From positions 1-64,000 of the forward strand of contig NIVC01000754.1 in the NCBI GenBank assembly GCA_002269645.1: a DNA stretch of 64,000 nt, written 5' to 3'. Both the position numbers and the translations under genes were made by a program. The stretch is from Macrostomum lignano. Taxonomy: Eukaryota. The notes below the pieces were generated by a model. The model worked only from the letters and a program-made list of their open reading frames with translations. It ran no database searches and was not told the origin of the DNA. Below, one piece after another: positions 25,688 to 38,297 of the stretch. How positions within the stretch are numbered: position 1 is the stretch's first letter; each line of letters begins with the position of its first letter.

Positions 25688-28600
25688 ATGTCTCCTCTTG
25701 TTCATCGCCCAGCAGTCTTGGCAGCTGCCTGCTGCTCCCTCCTGCTCGTCATTGGCATCACCGCTGCTCGAGTCATTCAAGTCTCCTACATTGGCTGCTT
25801 CAAGGACAACAGCGCCAGGGACATGAGAGGCTTATCGGGAATTAAAAGCATCGGCGAAATCTCCGTTTTGGATCCAAGGGTCTTAAGCGGCAGCATGACT
25901 CAGGACTTCTGCAGCGGCTTCTGTGCACTTGGCGGCTTCCCGTACTTCGGGTTGCAGTACACATGGGCCTGTTTCTGCAGCTGGGACTTCGGCTCGATCG
26001 GACCAGCCAAGGAAAGCGACTGCAACATGCCTTGCAACGGAAACTCCAGCCAGATCTGCGGAGGCTTTTGGCGAAATTCGGTATTCGCTCTGGCCTACCC
26101 GAGTGAGTGTTTAATGAATACTTTCTTGGGTTGTTAAAGGTTAACTGTAAACGAATGTTCTATGTTCCTTTTTAAATGATCTAACACTATATTGGATAAA
26201 ATAAACAGTCTCAACCTGCATCCAAGGACTACTTAACAACTCAGGACGCTACACTCGCGAATGGTAGAAATTCTAGAAAAGGCCGCTTGCTTTAGCTGTG
26301 TCTATGGCAATGAAGCCTTTTCACTAACATTCTTTCATATTCTCAATGCTGGTTCAGACCAGCACTGCTGGTTTGTAGCAATAATTTGTTTCGTCTAAAA
26401 TCTTGATAAATAGCAACACTCTTCTTCATCAAAATGCCAATGAAGTGCTGCATCCCTGGATGCAGAAGCAATTATAAGAGCGGTGAAAAATGCACTGTTT
26501 TTGGCTTTCCAAAGGAAGAAGCTGAAGCTGAGGCATGGCTCCATGCGTTGCCTGTGCAAGTTAAGGTAATTTATGTAGCCTTTTGAACCTAATTTTTCGT
26601 TTCTAATATAAAGATACTTATATTAACTGAATTGCGATGATCATTCCATTCTATCTGTAGAAGGCTAGCATTTACATGGGAGTCTGCAAAAATCACTGGC
26701 CTGAAAATGCACCACTGAAACGAATTAACCGCCATACACGCCCCAGCGACTCACCCTCAATCTTAAAAGATTTTTCATTGACTTCCCTGCGTCAGACTGT
26801 CTCAAGTAAGTATGAATGGTTGTGTACTTTGTTTACTTACTAAGTTGTATCAGCCTGTTTCAAATATTTTAGGACGCTCTAGAGATGCTGGTCGGCGAGG
26901 CGTGCTGTTAGTCGACAGAGCTAGGGCCCCTGATGAATTGACTGCCTTCAATGCTTTCGACAGAATTGTCTCGTGGGCACTATTCATTACGTCAGCTTTG
27001 AGCCTGGATTTTGTTACCTCCGGAGGCTGGATTGTTCAATGTCAGGATTTGCGAGTCGATTTTTTGCTCATTTATGAGCGCACTGTTGAGTCCTCCGTTC
27101 GAGTTAAGAGCGACTTCACAGTCTTGGCGTATCGGCGTGATGTGCTTGTAAAAATTTCTGACATATTAGGTTTTCAGCACAGGCTGCAGCGCTACAGTCA
27201 GCTGGAAGCAATTGCCAACAGGACGCGGAGCTATGAAATCTCTGCAAGCTCTGCAGCTCAGTCACACATAGATGCGCTTCAGTCGATTTGTCTGGAATCA
27301 TCTGATCCACGTCAGCAATATCTTCTACGCCAATTTCAGCTAAGCTTTAAACCACCCGGTGGCGCTCGGTACAACTGCATGGATATTTTGATGGCGGCTA
27401 AGATATATTTTGCTGGAAGACAAGCGTACCGAGCTGCGAGAGAACTCTGATTAAAGGGATGTCAGGCGGCCGAGGAGCGGGACGATTGCGTTCAGTGACG
27501 ACAGAGACGCGAAACGCATTGTACCAAACTGTAAGAGGCCTTGTAGATTTAAGTAGCCATCTCATACAAGATTACGGCTTTTCTTACGTGCTACTTGGTG
27601 AGTTTGTTAATAATTAACAACTGCTAGATGAATATGCACACCGTTGTTTTTTTATGAAAATCGACAGTGATTGTACTAAACCTTTTAGGTGAATGCCAGT
27701 CGGACCGACTCGAGGGAGAGTTTTCCATTTATCGTCAAGGTCATGGAGGCTGCTATTACATATCAGTGGATCAGATTATGGCTAGTGCTCGCCTCCGCCG
27801 CATGCAGCTCTATACGCAACTTCAAGCTTCGCCACCAGATCACTCGCCATCCGCATGTTGTCAACATGATGTCACCGATGAAGAGACTGTCAGTTTTGAC
27901 GAGCTAAGTTTATCCGTTGCTCGAATTTCTACCGAAGAAAAAGCCTCTCTTTACTACATTTGTGGCTACGTTTCACACAAAGAAAATTTGCCTAACCGAA
28001 CAATTGCAACAAGTTTGCCTGGTCTGGATACTTCCACTGCTTGTAGTGAGTTCACCACGCTTGTATCTCGAGGGAAACTGAGCCATCCGCCTGAATGGTT
28101 AGTTGTCTTTGCCTGCTTCTGTTATGCCCACTCTATTGGTTCTGGGCAGCGTTGTGTTAACAGTTCCGTGCTTGTATTTGAGAAAATCTTCGAAATTTTT
28201 TTGATGTTCAACTGGACCGAGATCTGCTGCGTGGAGTGTCTCGAAGACTGGCCAACTCCATCTATAAAGGCATGGTGCGCAGAGATTCCGAGACGTCCAG
28301 ACAATCAACCACCGTTTGCTCTCGCCGACTCCGCAAACTGAAGCCTAGCTGAATGTTTCTTTCAAACACCTGTATATTTTCAAACTTTTTTATAGTCATC
28401 TATGTTTTCCTTATACAGTTATGTACGGAGTTTTCCGATTCGTTTCATATCGTACTTTTCAATTGTCATTTACAATTCTTATGCTGGGAATATTTGCATA
28501 TATTTATTGTTTGTATAACTGTAAAAATAATTATGATAGCGCAAAACTTTTATAATTATCTATCACTTAGTACTTGCTTCTTTATCCAAAAGGCTTATTA

Positions 28601-29041
28601 AAAAACCATAGACACAGCTAAAGCAAGCGGCCTTTTCTAGAATTTCTACCATTCGCGAGTGTAGCGTCCTGAGTTGTTAAGTAGTCCTTGCCTGCATCTT
28701 GTATAAACATTTAAACGGCCTCTGCATTCAGAAAACTTATTCTCTATAGAACGGCAGATTTGTGCTTTGACACGTGTCCTGCTGCCAAACTTCATTTTAT
28801 TTCAGAGCGGAGCTGCTTCAAGCAGTCGCAGATGCCCAGCCTCAACGTCTCGTCGACTCTGCCGACCTCCTGGAGCATCGCCGCCCAAACAGCTCTGGAC
28901 TGCCTGATCCCGTGCGAGGCCTCAGCTGACTGCCAGGCTGTGATTTTCTCTGGCCAGCAGCGCCTGTGCCACCTACTGAGGTTCGTCTACCCGCCTGCCA
29001 GTCTGAGCAGCACCGATGGAGACTACTTCGTGCGTGGATGA
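25688..29041 (+). CDS. Secreted WSC + PAN/Apple-like protein, copy A (2 exons, 216 aa)
   Basis: Exons 25688-26102 and 28806-29041 (651 nt); signal peptide; WSC motifs YIGCFKD, MTQDFCSGFC, GLQY...CFC, CNMPCNGNSSQICGG; PAN-like CLIPC..DCQAV..CHLL; intron carries a P element. Confidence 0.88.
26223..28690 (+). mobile_element. P-element/THAP DNA transposon, internally deleted
   Basis: Perfect 85-bp TIRs (26223-26307, 28606-28690) starting CAAGGACTAC; perfect 8-bp TSD CCTGCATC; THAP exons plus C-terminal remnant (QSDRLEGEFSIYRQ, LYYICGY, SRGKLSHP). Confidence 0.93.
26434..27450 (+). CDS. Truncated THAP-domain P transposase (284 aa, 3 exons)
   Basis: Exons 26434-26565, 26661-26805, 26873-27450 join in frame (855 nt); THAP C2CH signature CCIPGC...FP...W...VCKNHW; ends at IYFAGRQAYRAAREL*. 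Confidence 0.8.
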
Positions 29042-29849
29042 AGTGCTGACTGATTGGCATCGTTTATCAAAATCGGATTTTCTTAGACAAGCTTTAAACA
29101 TTTTTTTAAGTAGACGAGCGTAAAAATTTTGTGGCTAACTGTGCTGCAATCAAGTAGATTAAATAGAATAAAGAGAAAAATTAAAGAGAAATTAAAAATA
29201 AATTTAGAAAACAATTTCGTGATTATTAGAAATGTGAGAACTTCACAGCTGCATGTTAAGCCTAACTGACGTGTAGGGTATACATGTACTTCATTTCGCG
29301 ATTTTTCAGCCTATAATACTGAGTGATAGCTCGTCAGCCGTCATAAGTTCCGACTCGTCTGGATGGAACGGGCATTCGCAGAGTGAGATTGTGTGCGACT
29401 GGCTCAACCGATACGCCAGGAGATTAAGTGCTGAAAAAGGGCGCAATTTACACTCAAAATTGCTACAGTAGAGTAAGAAGCCGTCTGCCTCTCTAGCGCG
29501 AGCATGTACTTTGTGTGCAGCTTGTCTGTCTGCATTAACTTGCCAGTCCTGAAGAGAATCAGTCGCACAGATAATAAATACCCTAGATGGTTAACTCAGC
29601 ATTATCTTTCTGCGTCAGTTTGATTTGCTACTCTCTGTCCAGTGGCATAAGCGCATATTTGCTCTATTTTTTGTCTTGACATAAAATATTTGGAGAGAAT
29701 GATGGTCTAGATGCCCGCGTCACACGCGCACAACCTTGGCGCTTTCAATTCTTTTATCTATGGCCAAGCTTGGCAGTGGATCGGAATTCTCAGGCGTAAA
29801 AACCACTAGTAAAAATCTGCACCCACCCCAAAAAGGCGTTGGTCTTGGC

Positions 29850-30560
29850 CATAGACAGTCGAAGAAATCGATTGACTTCGTTTCTAGCTAGCAGTCAAGT
29901 GGGACGAGATACGGAGTTTAAAGTAATAAGGCAGGACGGAGAAAGAAAAGATTTTACTTCGCACTTTACCAGCAAGCAGTTCAAGAACGACAAAAACACC
30001 AGCAACGCTTCTTGCAATCACCATACTGACATGGAATTCAGCTCAAAGCGCTGCTGTGCAGCCACCTGCACCCATACAGCGCAATCTCTAACGGACGAGG
30101 GAGTGGCTGTGCGAATGCACAGGTTTCCAGCGGACGACGGAGTTGCGAATCGATGGAGGCAAATGCTGGAAATCGACTTGGACATCGGAGCCATTCGCAA
30201 GATGGGATTGCGAGTGTGCAGTGTGCATTTTACTGACAATGATTACAGCTGTCCTTCTCTGCGACATGAATATACCACACGTTTGCGTACAAGAATTTGC
30301 ATTGATGAAACAAAGGGCATCGTACAATTCTCCTCTTCAGAACCTTTTCTGCATCATCCGCGGGAACAACGGTTTTAACGACAGACCAGAGCTAAGCTCC
30401 TTCGTCGGTGCCCTGCGGTCCGTGGCTGCCAGCGGCCTGGCCCAGCCTGACTCGACGTCTCGCAACTGCGAAGACGACAACTGTGAGGCTGCCATCATAG
30501 CAGCCTGCGCCCCCACCGGTGCCGGAAGACACTATTAAAAATAGAAGTACTATCTTGATA
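29850..30560 (+). mobile_element. Second THAP/P-like deletion derivative
   Basis: ORF 30031-30378 with THAP motif CCAATC...HRFP...W...RVCSVHF, joined out of frame to LQNLFCIIRGNNGFNDRP (P/THAP9-like C-terminal segment); termini not established. Confidence 0.7.
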
Positions 30561-30699
30561 CATGTCTCTCCTTGACTTGAAATCGGTTCACGGTGGCGTT
30601 ATAAGCGGTTTGCATCATGACGAGATGGTTTTCTTAAAGTTATTCTCTGGGCAAGGACGATTCATTTACCAGTGGACTGGATTGCCAATTCCAGGAGTT

Positions 30700-31115
30700 G
30701 GAACCAGCAGAGCTTTGGATCCAGAATTGCATGCTCTACTGGAAGATCTTGCAGATCTATCATTTGAACAGGCTTCTGAACATGATTTTCGAGAGCTCAA
30801 CGACACTGAGATTCTCGGTATCCAAGCTGTAGAGACGACTGCTCAAACGCAATCAACTGATGTGAAGACAAGGCAGCACGTTGCACTGCTTAAGCAGTTT
30901 CTGCAGTCTAATGGTCTTCCGGACAACATCGAAGGCATGCCAGAGCGATACCTGGTGCAATACCTGAGACTCAGGTTTGTTTCACTCAAGCGTAAAGACG
31001 GGAATTCCTACACAGTGTCAACAGTCTGGTTGGATTTTGTGCCAGCATTCATCGCTATTTGAAACAGGAGCGCGACATTTATTATAAGTGAGTGATTGAG
31101 CAGACATTTGCAGGT
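30700..31115 (+). pseudogene. Crypton-like tyrosine-recombinase N-terminal fragment
   Basis: LLKQFLQSNGLPDNIEGMPERYLVQYLRLRFVSLKRKDGNSYTVSTV matches the recalled CryptonA / KCTD1-ZMYM-type RKKDGxxY pattern; stop soon after. Confidence 0.6.
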
Positions 31116-31299
31116 GAGTCACTATTCAAATGGAAATTTCAAAACACCATCCTAAAGTACTGAATGGCTAATCTCGTCAGTTTTTTCGTGCTACGAGTAC
31201 ATTCTCTAATGATTAGTTTACTATATTATGCTGGTAGAGTCGCTCGCTTGGCGAGAAGAATAAATAGAAAGCTTAATATCAACATTTGAATATGATTGC

Positions 31300-32150
31300 A
31301 ATTTCTAACAACTTCAACGCGTTTCGCACGCCATGGTGCATCGTCAGGATTTTATAAGAACGATTTGAGAAATTGAGATTGAAAGCGATTGATTAAATAT
31401 TGGTTTTTGCAACGTACACAGGTAAGGAGGGTAAGATTGAAAACAATTGATTACAACTTGGCTTTAACAACATACATAGGTGTGGTAGGTAGGAGAGAGA
31501 ATTATAGATTGAGATTGAAAGTTAAACCAAATGTACACAATTCTTGTCCAGTGGTCAAAAGGCAGAATCAGGGGCGGTAGCTTAAGTAATTGAACGTCAA
31601 GCTAAGTGTACACAGCGTGCACGACTGTGTCACTCACTGTTCAGAAAACGCGGAGAACGTGACCTGCACCACTATGTTGTAATTGGGAGTTGAGATTCGG
31701 GGTCTGAGCTTTTATGTGCAGGGCCTCGAGAATTCTAAGTTTGACGTCAGTATGGCTTTGGTCAATGATTTTAAAGTGTTCTTCTGGTTTGCAGTCATTG
31801 CAGTTAGTGCATTCAAGGAGGTGAGTTTGTATAGCAGATAGTTTGAGCCAGTGTTCCCTGATCCTCGTGTGTAGGTGTCTTTTGGTTTTCCCCACGTAGA
31901 CCAAGACCAAATGGCTTAATTTTTAGTAACTTCCTCTTCTAGATATTTCTCTTTGCAGAATCAAACTCAATCGAAAGTTTCTGTTCGCCCATTCCACTTT
32001 CCCTTAAAACGAAAACTGTTTTGCAGCCTTGCACCATGAAAACAACTGGCAGTAACAGAGTTCGTCAGGCGACTATAAAGCAAACCAAGGACTACTCAAT
32101 TAAGATGCAACAGTCGAAATATATGGAAAGTGTTTTGAAGGCCACTTTTC
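31300..32150 (-). mobile_element. Penelope-like element 3' fragment (GIY-YIG endonuclease + pLTR)
   Basis: ORF 31641-31910: YVGKTKRHLHTRIREH...LRILEALHIK...PNLN; hammerhead downstream; left and right limits approximate. Confidence 0.75.
31312..31349 (-). ncRNA. Minimal type I hammerhead ribozyme core (Penelope pLTR type)
   Basis: Minus strand CUGACGA - stem II GCAC/GUGC - GAAAC - palindromic AACGCGUU - GUU cleavage triplet; stem I only 2 bp; about 290 bp downstream of a GIY-YIG ORF. Confidence 0.65.
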
Positions 32151-34456
32151 TAAGAAATTTCACTTTTTAATGGATGCACTTGGAAATGTCTTTTTTCGCT
32201 TGGACCTTTGTTTATTTTTCTTTAACAGAAAAAAGCATTCGCGGCTTTGGCTTAACAACTTTTTTAATTTTAAGGCAACCCATTTTTTCAACAAGGCATG
32301 CCTCACTATCTAAACTTAGTTACTTGCCTTAAACTCCATTTTTCAACTCTTGGAAGGGTTCGATTAGCGGTGTAGAATCTGTAAAAAATGAAGAGTTCGC
32401 TTGAGCACAGTAGAGAGGGAGAGGGAAAGGGAGAGAGAATTAGTCTAGTGTCTAAACGCACGAACTCCCACTTCCAGACCGCAAGTCTGGGAACAGAATA
32501 GAGTGATCACTTACTGTGGCGGGCTCCTCTTCTTTGTCGGGCAGATCGGTAGAACTCGTAGTCTTCCTCAACGCAGGATTCCTCCGGAGTTGTCTTTCTG
32601 ACTTCTAAAGTCAGCCGAATATGAGAGCCCTTTTAATGAACGTGTTGTGCAATCGTCCTCGTGCCCCGTCCCAACAGTTTCAGTCTGCCCCACTCCTCCA
32701 TTTTTCTCAATAATCAATGCGTACGCTGGTCACGCCACCTCGCACCACATCCCCCTACCCTACCATACATTTGCTCTTAAAGTATTTAGTAATTCATGTA
32801 CTCGTAGGTCAACTAATAAATATAGAATGAATTTGCTGTCTAGTTGGCAGCCTTTCTCCCTTTCGGACCGATCTTTGACTACCATCAAACCAACTATCTG
32901 CCTACAATAAAAAGTGCACGGCGACCCGCATCGGATACGGTGTGTAAGCTCGCGAGTTCGGTTCTGTGCTTTTCCTGCTTCTCTCTAGGGCGCGGGACGG
33001 GAGCTCTAACTGGGGACCTGGGGGTTTCAGCTTCCCAACAGGGTTCAGCTGTAGGCGTCGCTCCGCCGGACGGGGTTTACAAAAAACGTAACAATTGAAT
33101 CCGTGGACGTCAATGTATTTATAAAATATTTAATTTCATTGGCTTAATTTTTATGAATTTATTAATCTTATTCATACCAAAGCGCAACATTCTATAACGG
33201 TTTCGTAATTTCCATTATCAACTATTCCAAATGTAGCTCGTATGAGCGTATATATAATTTATTTATTGACTGTTTTCTTCTGTTTATGAATCAATTAAGT
33301 TAAGATGCATAGATTTTGTTTTATGGGATTCTTCTTGGCACAAATTCAAATGCTGTTATCTATTAAGTTATACCTTGGTGAGACGTAGGCGTGTGGTGTG
33401 TGGCTAAGCTGTTGTCGTCCAATTCCAATATATCATTAAAAATAGCCATACTTGTACAATCGTTAAATTTACTAATCATCGGATATTTCGTTACAGTAAG
33501 TTTCTATTTCTCCTCCATCAATTCGAAATTGAGAACCGTTGTTTTTATCATTCTAATATATGGCTCTGAGCTCCGCTAGCCAACAATAGCAGCCCAGCTC
33601 ATCATCTACGCGAACTCGCTCCGTCAGAACGCTACAATTCCTAAATATACTCGTAGCTACGTAGAATCTGGGTTGGCAGACAAGAAGTCTTAATGAGAAC
33701 AGCAGTGTCAAGTTAAACAGCTACCCCCTCCCGATGCAGTTTAGGAACTACATGTAGGATTCCTAAGCATATTGAGAACTGGAGCTGCTACTCAGCGGGT
33801 AGTTACGAGTAAAGAGCTAGCACGCATCTTCCCACTAGAGTTTCTACTCAATGGGTCTCCCAAATGAAATGAATACCTGTCAAGAGAAGCGGCGGCCTGC
33901 CTTTCCAGAGTTTGCTAATGTTGGATGCTGGTACAAAAAAACAATGCATGGCAATAAAAAATGATAGCGGGAGTCACGCAAACACAGCTGCTGCTTATTC
34001 TCTTCAATAATGGCACTCTGATACAGACAGGCAAGCTGGCATGCGCTAGAGAGGGAGATGGCTTCTGAAACTACGAGAGCTAAATTTGGTAAATCTCCAG
34101 GCGTCTCGATAAGCTAGACGCACACAATTCCACTCTGCGAATGTCTGTTCAGTCCAACGAATTACGAGCTTCATAAGGTATACTGTATACATAAATTAGT
34201 AAGTCTTGCGGCTATTCGAATTTGAATGCATCGCCTTTACGTAAAGTAAAGTAAATATTTAAGTAAAAAATGATAAAAGCACAGAAAGATTACTAAATTT
34301 GTTATAAAATAAAATCAGGACTTTTTTCTTTAATCAAAATATTTAACAAATATATTGTAGCACAGAGCCCCATTAAGTTAAGCCCTGTTGCCACTAAGCT
34401 TTAAATAAACTTTGAGAGTTTGCTAAATGATTCCAATAGGTTTACCGCTCAGAACT

Positions 34457-35483
34457 TCATCCGCGAACAAAGTAGTCTCCATCGGTGCTGCTCAGACTGG
34501 CAGGCGGGTAGGCGAACCTCAGCAGGTGGCACAGGCGCTGCTGGCCATAGAAAATCACAGCCTGGCAGTCAGCTGAGGCCTCACACGGGATCAGGCAGTC
34601 CAGAGCTGTTTGAGCGGGGAGGCTCCAGGAGGTCGGTAGAGTCGATGAAACGTTGAGGCTGGGCATCTCCAACTGCTTGAAGCAGCGACGCTCTAAAGCG
34701 AATTAAACAGGGCTAATTTTACTTAGAGCATCTACTTGAACAGTAACGTCCTGCATTTTAAGCTCGATTTCTTAAAGCTGCTCAAATATTATCCAAGTAT
34801 AGGCTCCAAATATAGACACTCCAAGTATAGACAGTAAGCATAAACTCAGACTCAGTTAAGCTGAAATTTTTAAGCAATTTTAGCCGAATATTCGTTTTTT
34901 AGTGAAGGTCTAAAGGTCTGTTGTAGGATATTTGCCATTCAGTTCTTGAAACGATAAATTTCAAATAATATTTCAACAAGTTTTAATTCTTCACAGGGAC
35001 TGCTTGAGCAGTTACGAAAAATTGAGCGCAAATTCTGATTGAGTGCATCTGAGTGCAGGCAAACTCACTCGGGTAGGTCAAAGCGAACACCGAATTTCGA
35101 TAAGGGCCTCCACAGATTTGGCTTGAGTTTCCGTTGCAAGGCATGTTGCAGTCGCTTTCCTTGGCAGGTCCCAGCGAACCGAAGTCCCAGCTGCAGAAAC
35201 AGGCCCATGCGTTCTGCAACCCGAAGTACGGGAAGCCGCCAAGTGCACAGAAGCTGCTGCAGAAGTCCTGAGTCATGCTGCCGCTTATCACTCTTGGTTC
35301 CGAAACGGAGATTTCGCCGACGCTGTTTATTCCCGATAAGCCTCTCATATCCCTGGCGCTGTTGTCCTTGAAGCAGCCGATTTAGGAGACTTGAATGACT
35401 CGAGCAGCGGTGACGCCAATTACGAGCAGGAGAGAGCAGCAGGCTGCTGCCACGACTGCCAGACGATGGACAAAAGGAGACAT
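34457..35483 (-). pseudogene. WSC + PAN gene copy B, single nonsense codon
   Basis: Exons 35483-35069 (415 nt) and 34692-34457 (236 nt), same sizes as A and D; TAC>TAA at 35382-35384. Confidence 0.85.
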
Positions 35484-36272
35484 CTTCGTCTTTTCCGATG
35501 GAGTTGAGAACTCCTTTGTCACTGCTTTATATACTAGAGCCTGATAGGCTGCTTTTGGGGTGTGAATCAAGCCTTTTTGTTGACTTCCTTATCTACTGCT
35601 GCTTTGAGTAGAGACGATCGTGTGTTTAAATTTAAATGCTACTGACTGTGTTGGAAGTAGTCGCACCTTTTAGAAATATCTTATGAATAAGTATTTTTGG
35701 TTGAGTATAAACGCAGCTACTAATAAAGCAACAATGCGCATGCACAGTGTACATTTTTACTGTGCTGAGCTGACGAATTACGTGTACTTTAAGAGCCCTT
35801 TGCGAGCCAACTTGTTATGAATTTTAAGATAATCCTATCTTAGGTATTCAGCTTCAGGCAACATTCTTAGCCCAACAATTCAAGGCAAAACGTTCGGTGC
35901 TATGTATAAGTCGTAAGTTTCATCACTAGTCAGTTTCTACTCAATAAGCCTTTTAATAATTAATAATTTCAACAAAAACCGTCGCCTCTTTTTGCAGAGT
36001 TTGCTAATGTTGGATGACAAACACTGTTGGAACTAAAGCTTTTCTTTGCCTAAAGGAGTTCAGAATTGGGCAGAAAATGGCACGCACTGGATGCAATTGT
36101 CGTGCTTCCCAGAAATGAATGCCATTTTTTGTTATGTTTTACTGGAGACGGGAATTTTAAGAGTGGCAATGCAATTTCATCTACTTCTGCTACTTTGTCT
36201 TCATGCATCGGAGCAAAGTGAGTCAAGCTTTTTCATCATCCAAAACAGCCAGTTTTTCACCCTGCTGACCGC

Positions 36273-36697
36273 CTTTAGCTGGTTGACTAGGGTGCCTTAA
36301 ATTGACAATGGTAGATTGCGTAGTAGGTAAGGGGCTGAAATAATGGCCATAGACACTCGTGCGCTACGCTACGCGCACTCGCACTCGCTACGCGCACTCG
36401 TGTTTGGCCATTATTTCAGCCCCTTACCTACTACGCAATCTACCATTGTCAATTTAAGGCTACGCGCACTCGTGTTTGGCCATTATTTCAGCCCCTTACC
36501 TACTACGCAATCTACCATTGTCAATTTAAGGCACCCTAGTCAACCAGCTAAAGCTACGCGCACTCGTGTTTGGCCATTATTTCAGCCCCTCACCTACTAC
36601 GCAATCTACCATTGTCAATTTAAGGCACCCTAGTCAACCAGCTAAAGCTACGCACACTCGTGTTTGGCCATTATTTCAGCCCCTTACCTACTACGCA
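36273..36697. repeat. 72/94-bp tandem repeat preceded by an inverted copy (fold-back)
   Basis: Direct units start at 36388, 36460, 36554, 36648; 36273-36349 is the reverse complement of 36477-36553. Confidence 0.88.
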
Positions 36698-37380
36698 ACG
36701 TCATTGTCTATAAGACACAGCCTGGCCATTATTTCAGCGTGCCGGAAGCGGTCATTATTTCAGGGTAAGAGTCTGCGTGCGTGCGACTGCGTAAAGAGGG
36801 CGGTGGTTGGGCCATAGACTATAAATAAAAAAGCTGTTGGGCCATAGACTATAAATGAATAAGCTGATGATAGGCTTGAGCTGACGAGAAGTAGCTGAAA
36901 TAATTGCCAGTTGAGTTTGTCATTACACCAGGCTGTGTCTTCTGGACAATGCCAACTGAAGAGCAAAGACCGTCTCTTAAGGAAAACAGGAAACGGAACA
37001 ATAAAATCGAGTTCCATATTGTCTACGAGTGTTTTAGACTTTACGCTCGTAGATAGCTGTAGCTATATATTTCTTTTGCCGTAAATTATTAGAATATGCT
37101 ACTATAAAGCCAGTCTCAAAAAACTATTTTTTCAGAATAACGAACAATTTCAAGTTTATCTATGCCAGCCCTTTCTTCAGTTTTTGTTGCCTCAGAAATG
37201 GCGTAATACGAGTACAATCAGAAAATATAGATGAAGTCAACTTAATACGCTCGTAACACTCGTAGCATATTGTGACAAATAGGGCGGGGCGTTTTGCTGT
37301 GTATCAGTTAATTAGATTACTCTACGATTCAGCAGATCGGCAAGCCGCTTTCACCCTTAGCGTAAATTGGTATTTTGAAT

Positions 37381-37580
37381 TGTAACGCCCTGCCAAGATG
37401 GGGATTCAGTTGATTGGTTGGTGGGCCGATGTAGGCGGCGGGAGAGTTGAAGGCAAGGAGGCCGGACAGCTAAGGGGCCCGCGAGTTACAGCGAGGAGAA
37501 GCGAAGGGAGAGAGCGGCAGCTGACTGCAAGCGTATATTTATAAATACAAAAATTAGAATGAACATACATACGCGGCTAC
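37381..37580. mobile_element. Possible short solo LTR
   Basis: TGTAACGCCCTGCCAA...GCTACA; 5' end shared with 54026; no TSD found. Confidence 0.35.
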
Positions 37581-38297
37581 AAAAAACAAATATTTCAGCA
37601 ATAATAGCAATAATATTACGTATGAAAATGAATGAAAGAATACACGTAGTACGGTATGCATGCGAGATAAGGAAATACGATACCTATGCTTTCTACTAAT
37701 TGAACACTGTCACAATATGGTACCCGAGACCGCTGGAGGCATCTTAAAAACAGAAAGACAAGCTGCACAAGGTTACATGCATCGGGGAGAAGAGAGAGCT
37801 TCTGAACCAAACATACAGCTATTTTTGTGCTAGTCGTGTCTTTTTAAAGCACTTAACCTCCTGGCGTATCGATTGAGCAAGTCGCACACAATTTCACTCT
37901 GTCGGTTCAATCCATAGAAACTTATGGCGGCTCACCAATCATCGCTCAGTATTTTGGGTTGAAACTTGCGAATTAAGGTATACTTTACACGTCAGCCCTC
38001 TTAGCTGCCTTCTAGCTTTTAGATAGACGTCTGGATTGAGATGGAAATGGTAACCACAAAGGCCACTTTGTCTGGCGGTAATAGCTTCGATTGCCACATA
38101 AGTGCTCAATGAGTGTGTATATGATCTTTGGTTAAAACATTACTTTTTAATATAAAACAATTGATTCATTAAACTGATTATCACACAGATAGTCCCATAA
38201 AGTGAAGCCCGTTGTTTTCAAGCCTAAAATATGTTTTCAAATTCTTAGAAAATCTAATTTTAAGAAATGATGCCTAATCGGTTATTCAGTAAGCACT

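Noticed and set aside
33190-33235. Second hammerhead-like motif on the minus strand (TTGATAA...GAAACCGTT)
   Set aside because: Core deviates at two invariant positions and no element context is evident.
36273-36697. CRISPR-like appearance of this and other arrays (also 55695-55950)
   Set aside because: No unique spacers, no cas genes, eukaryotic context.
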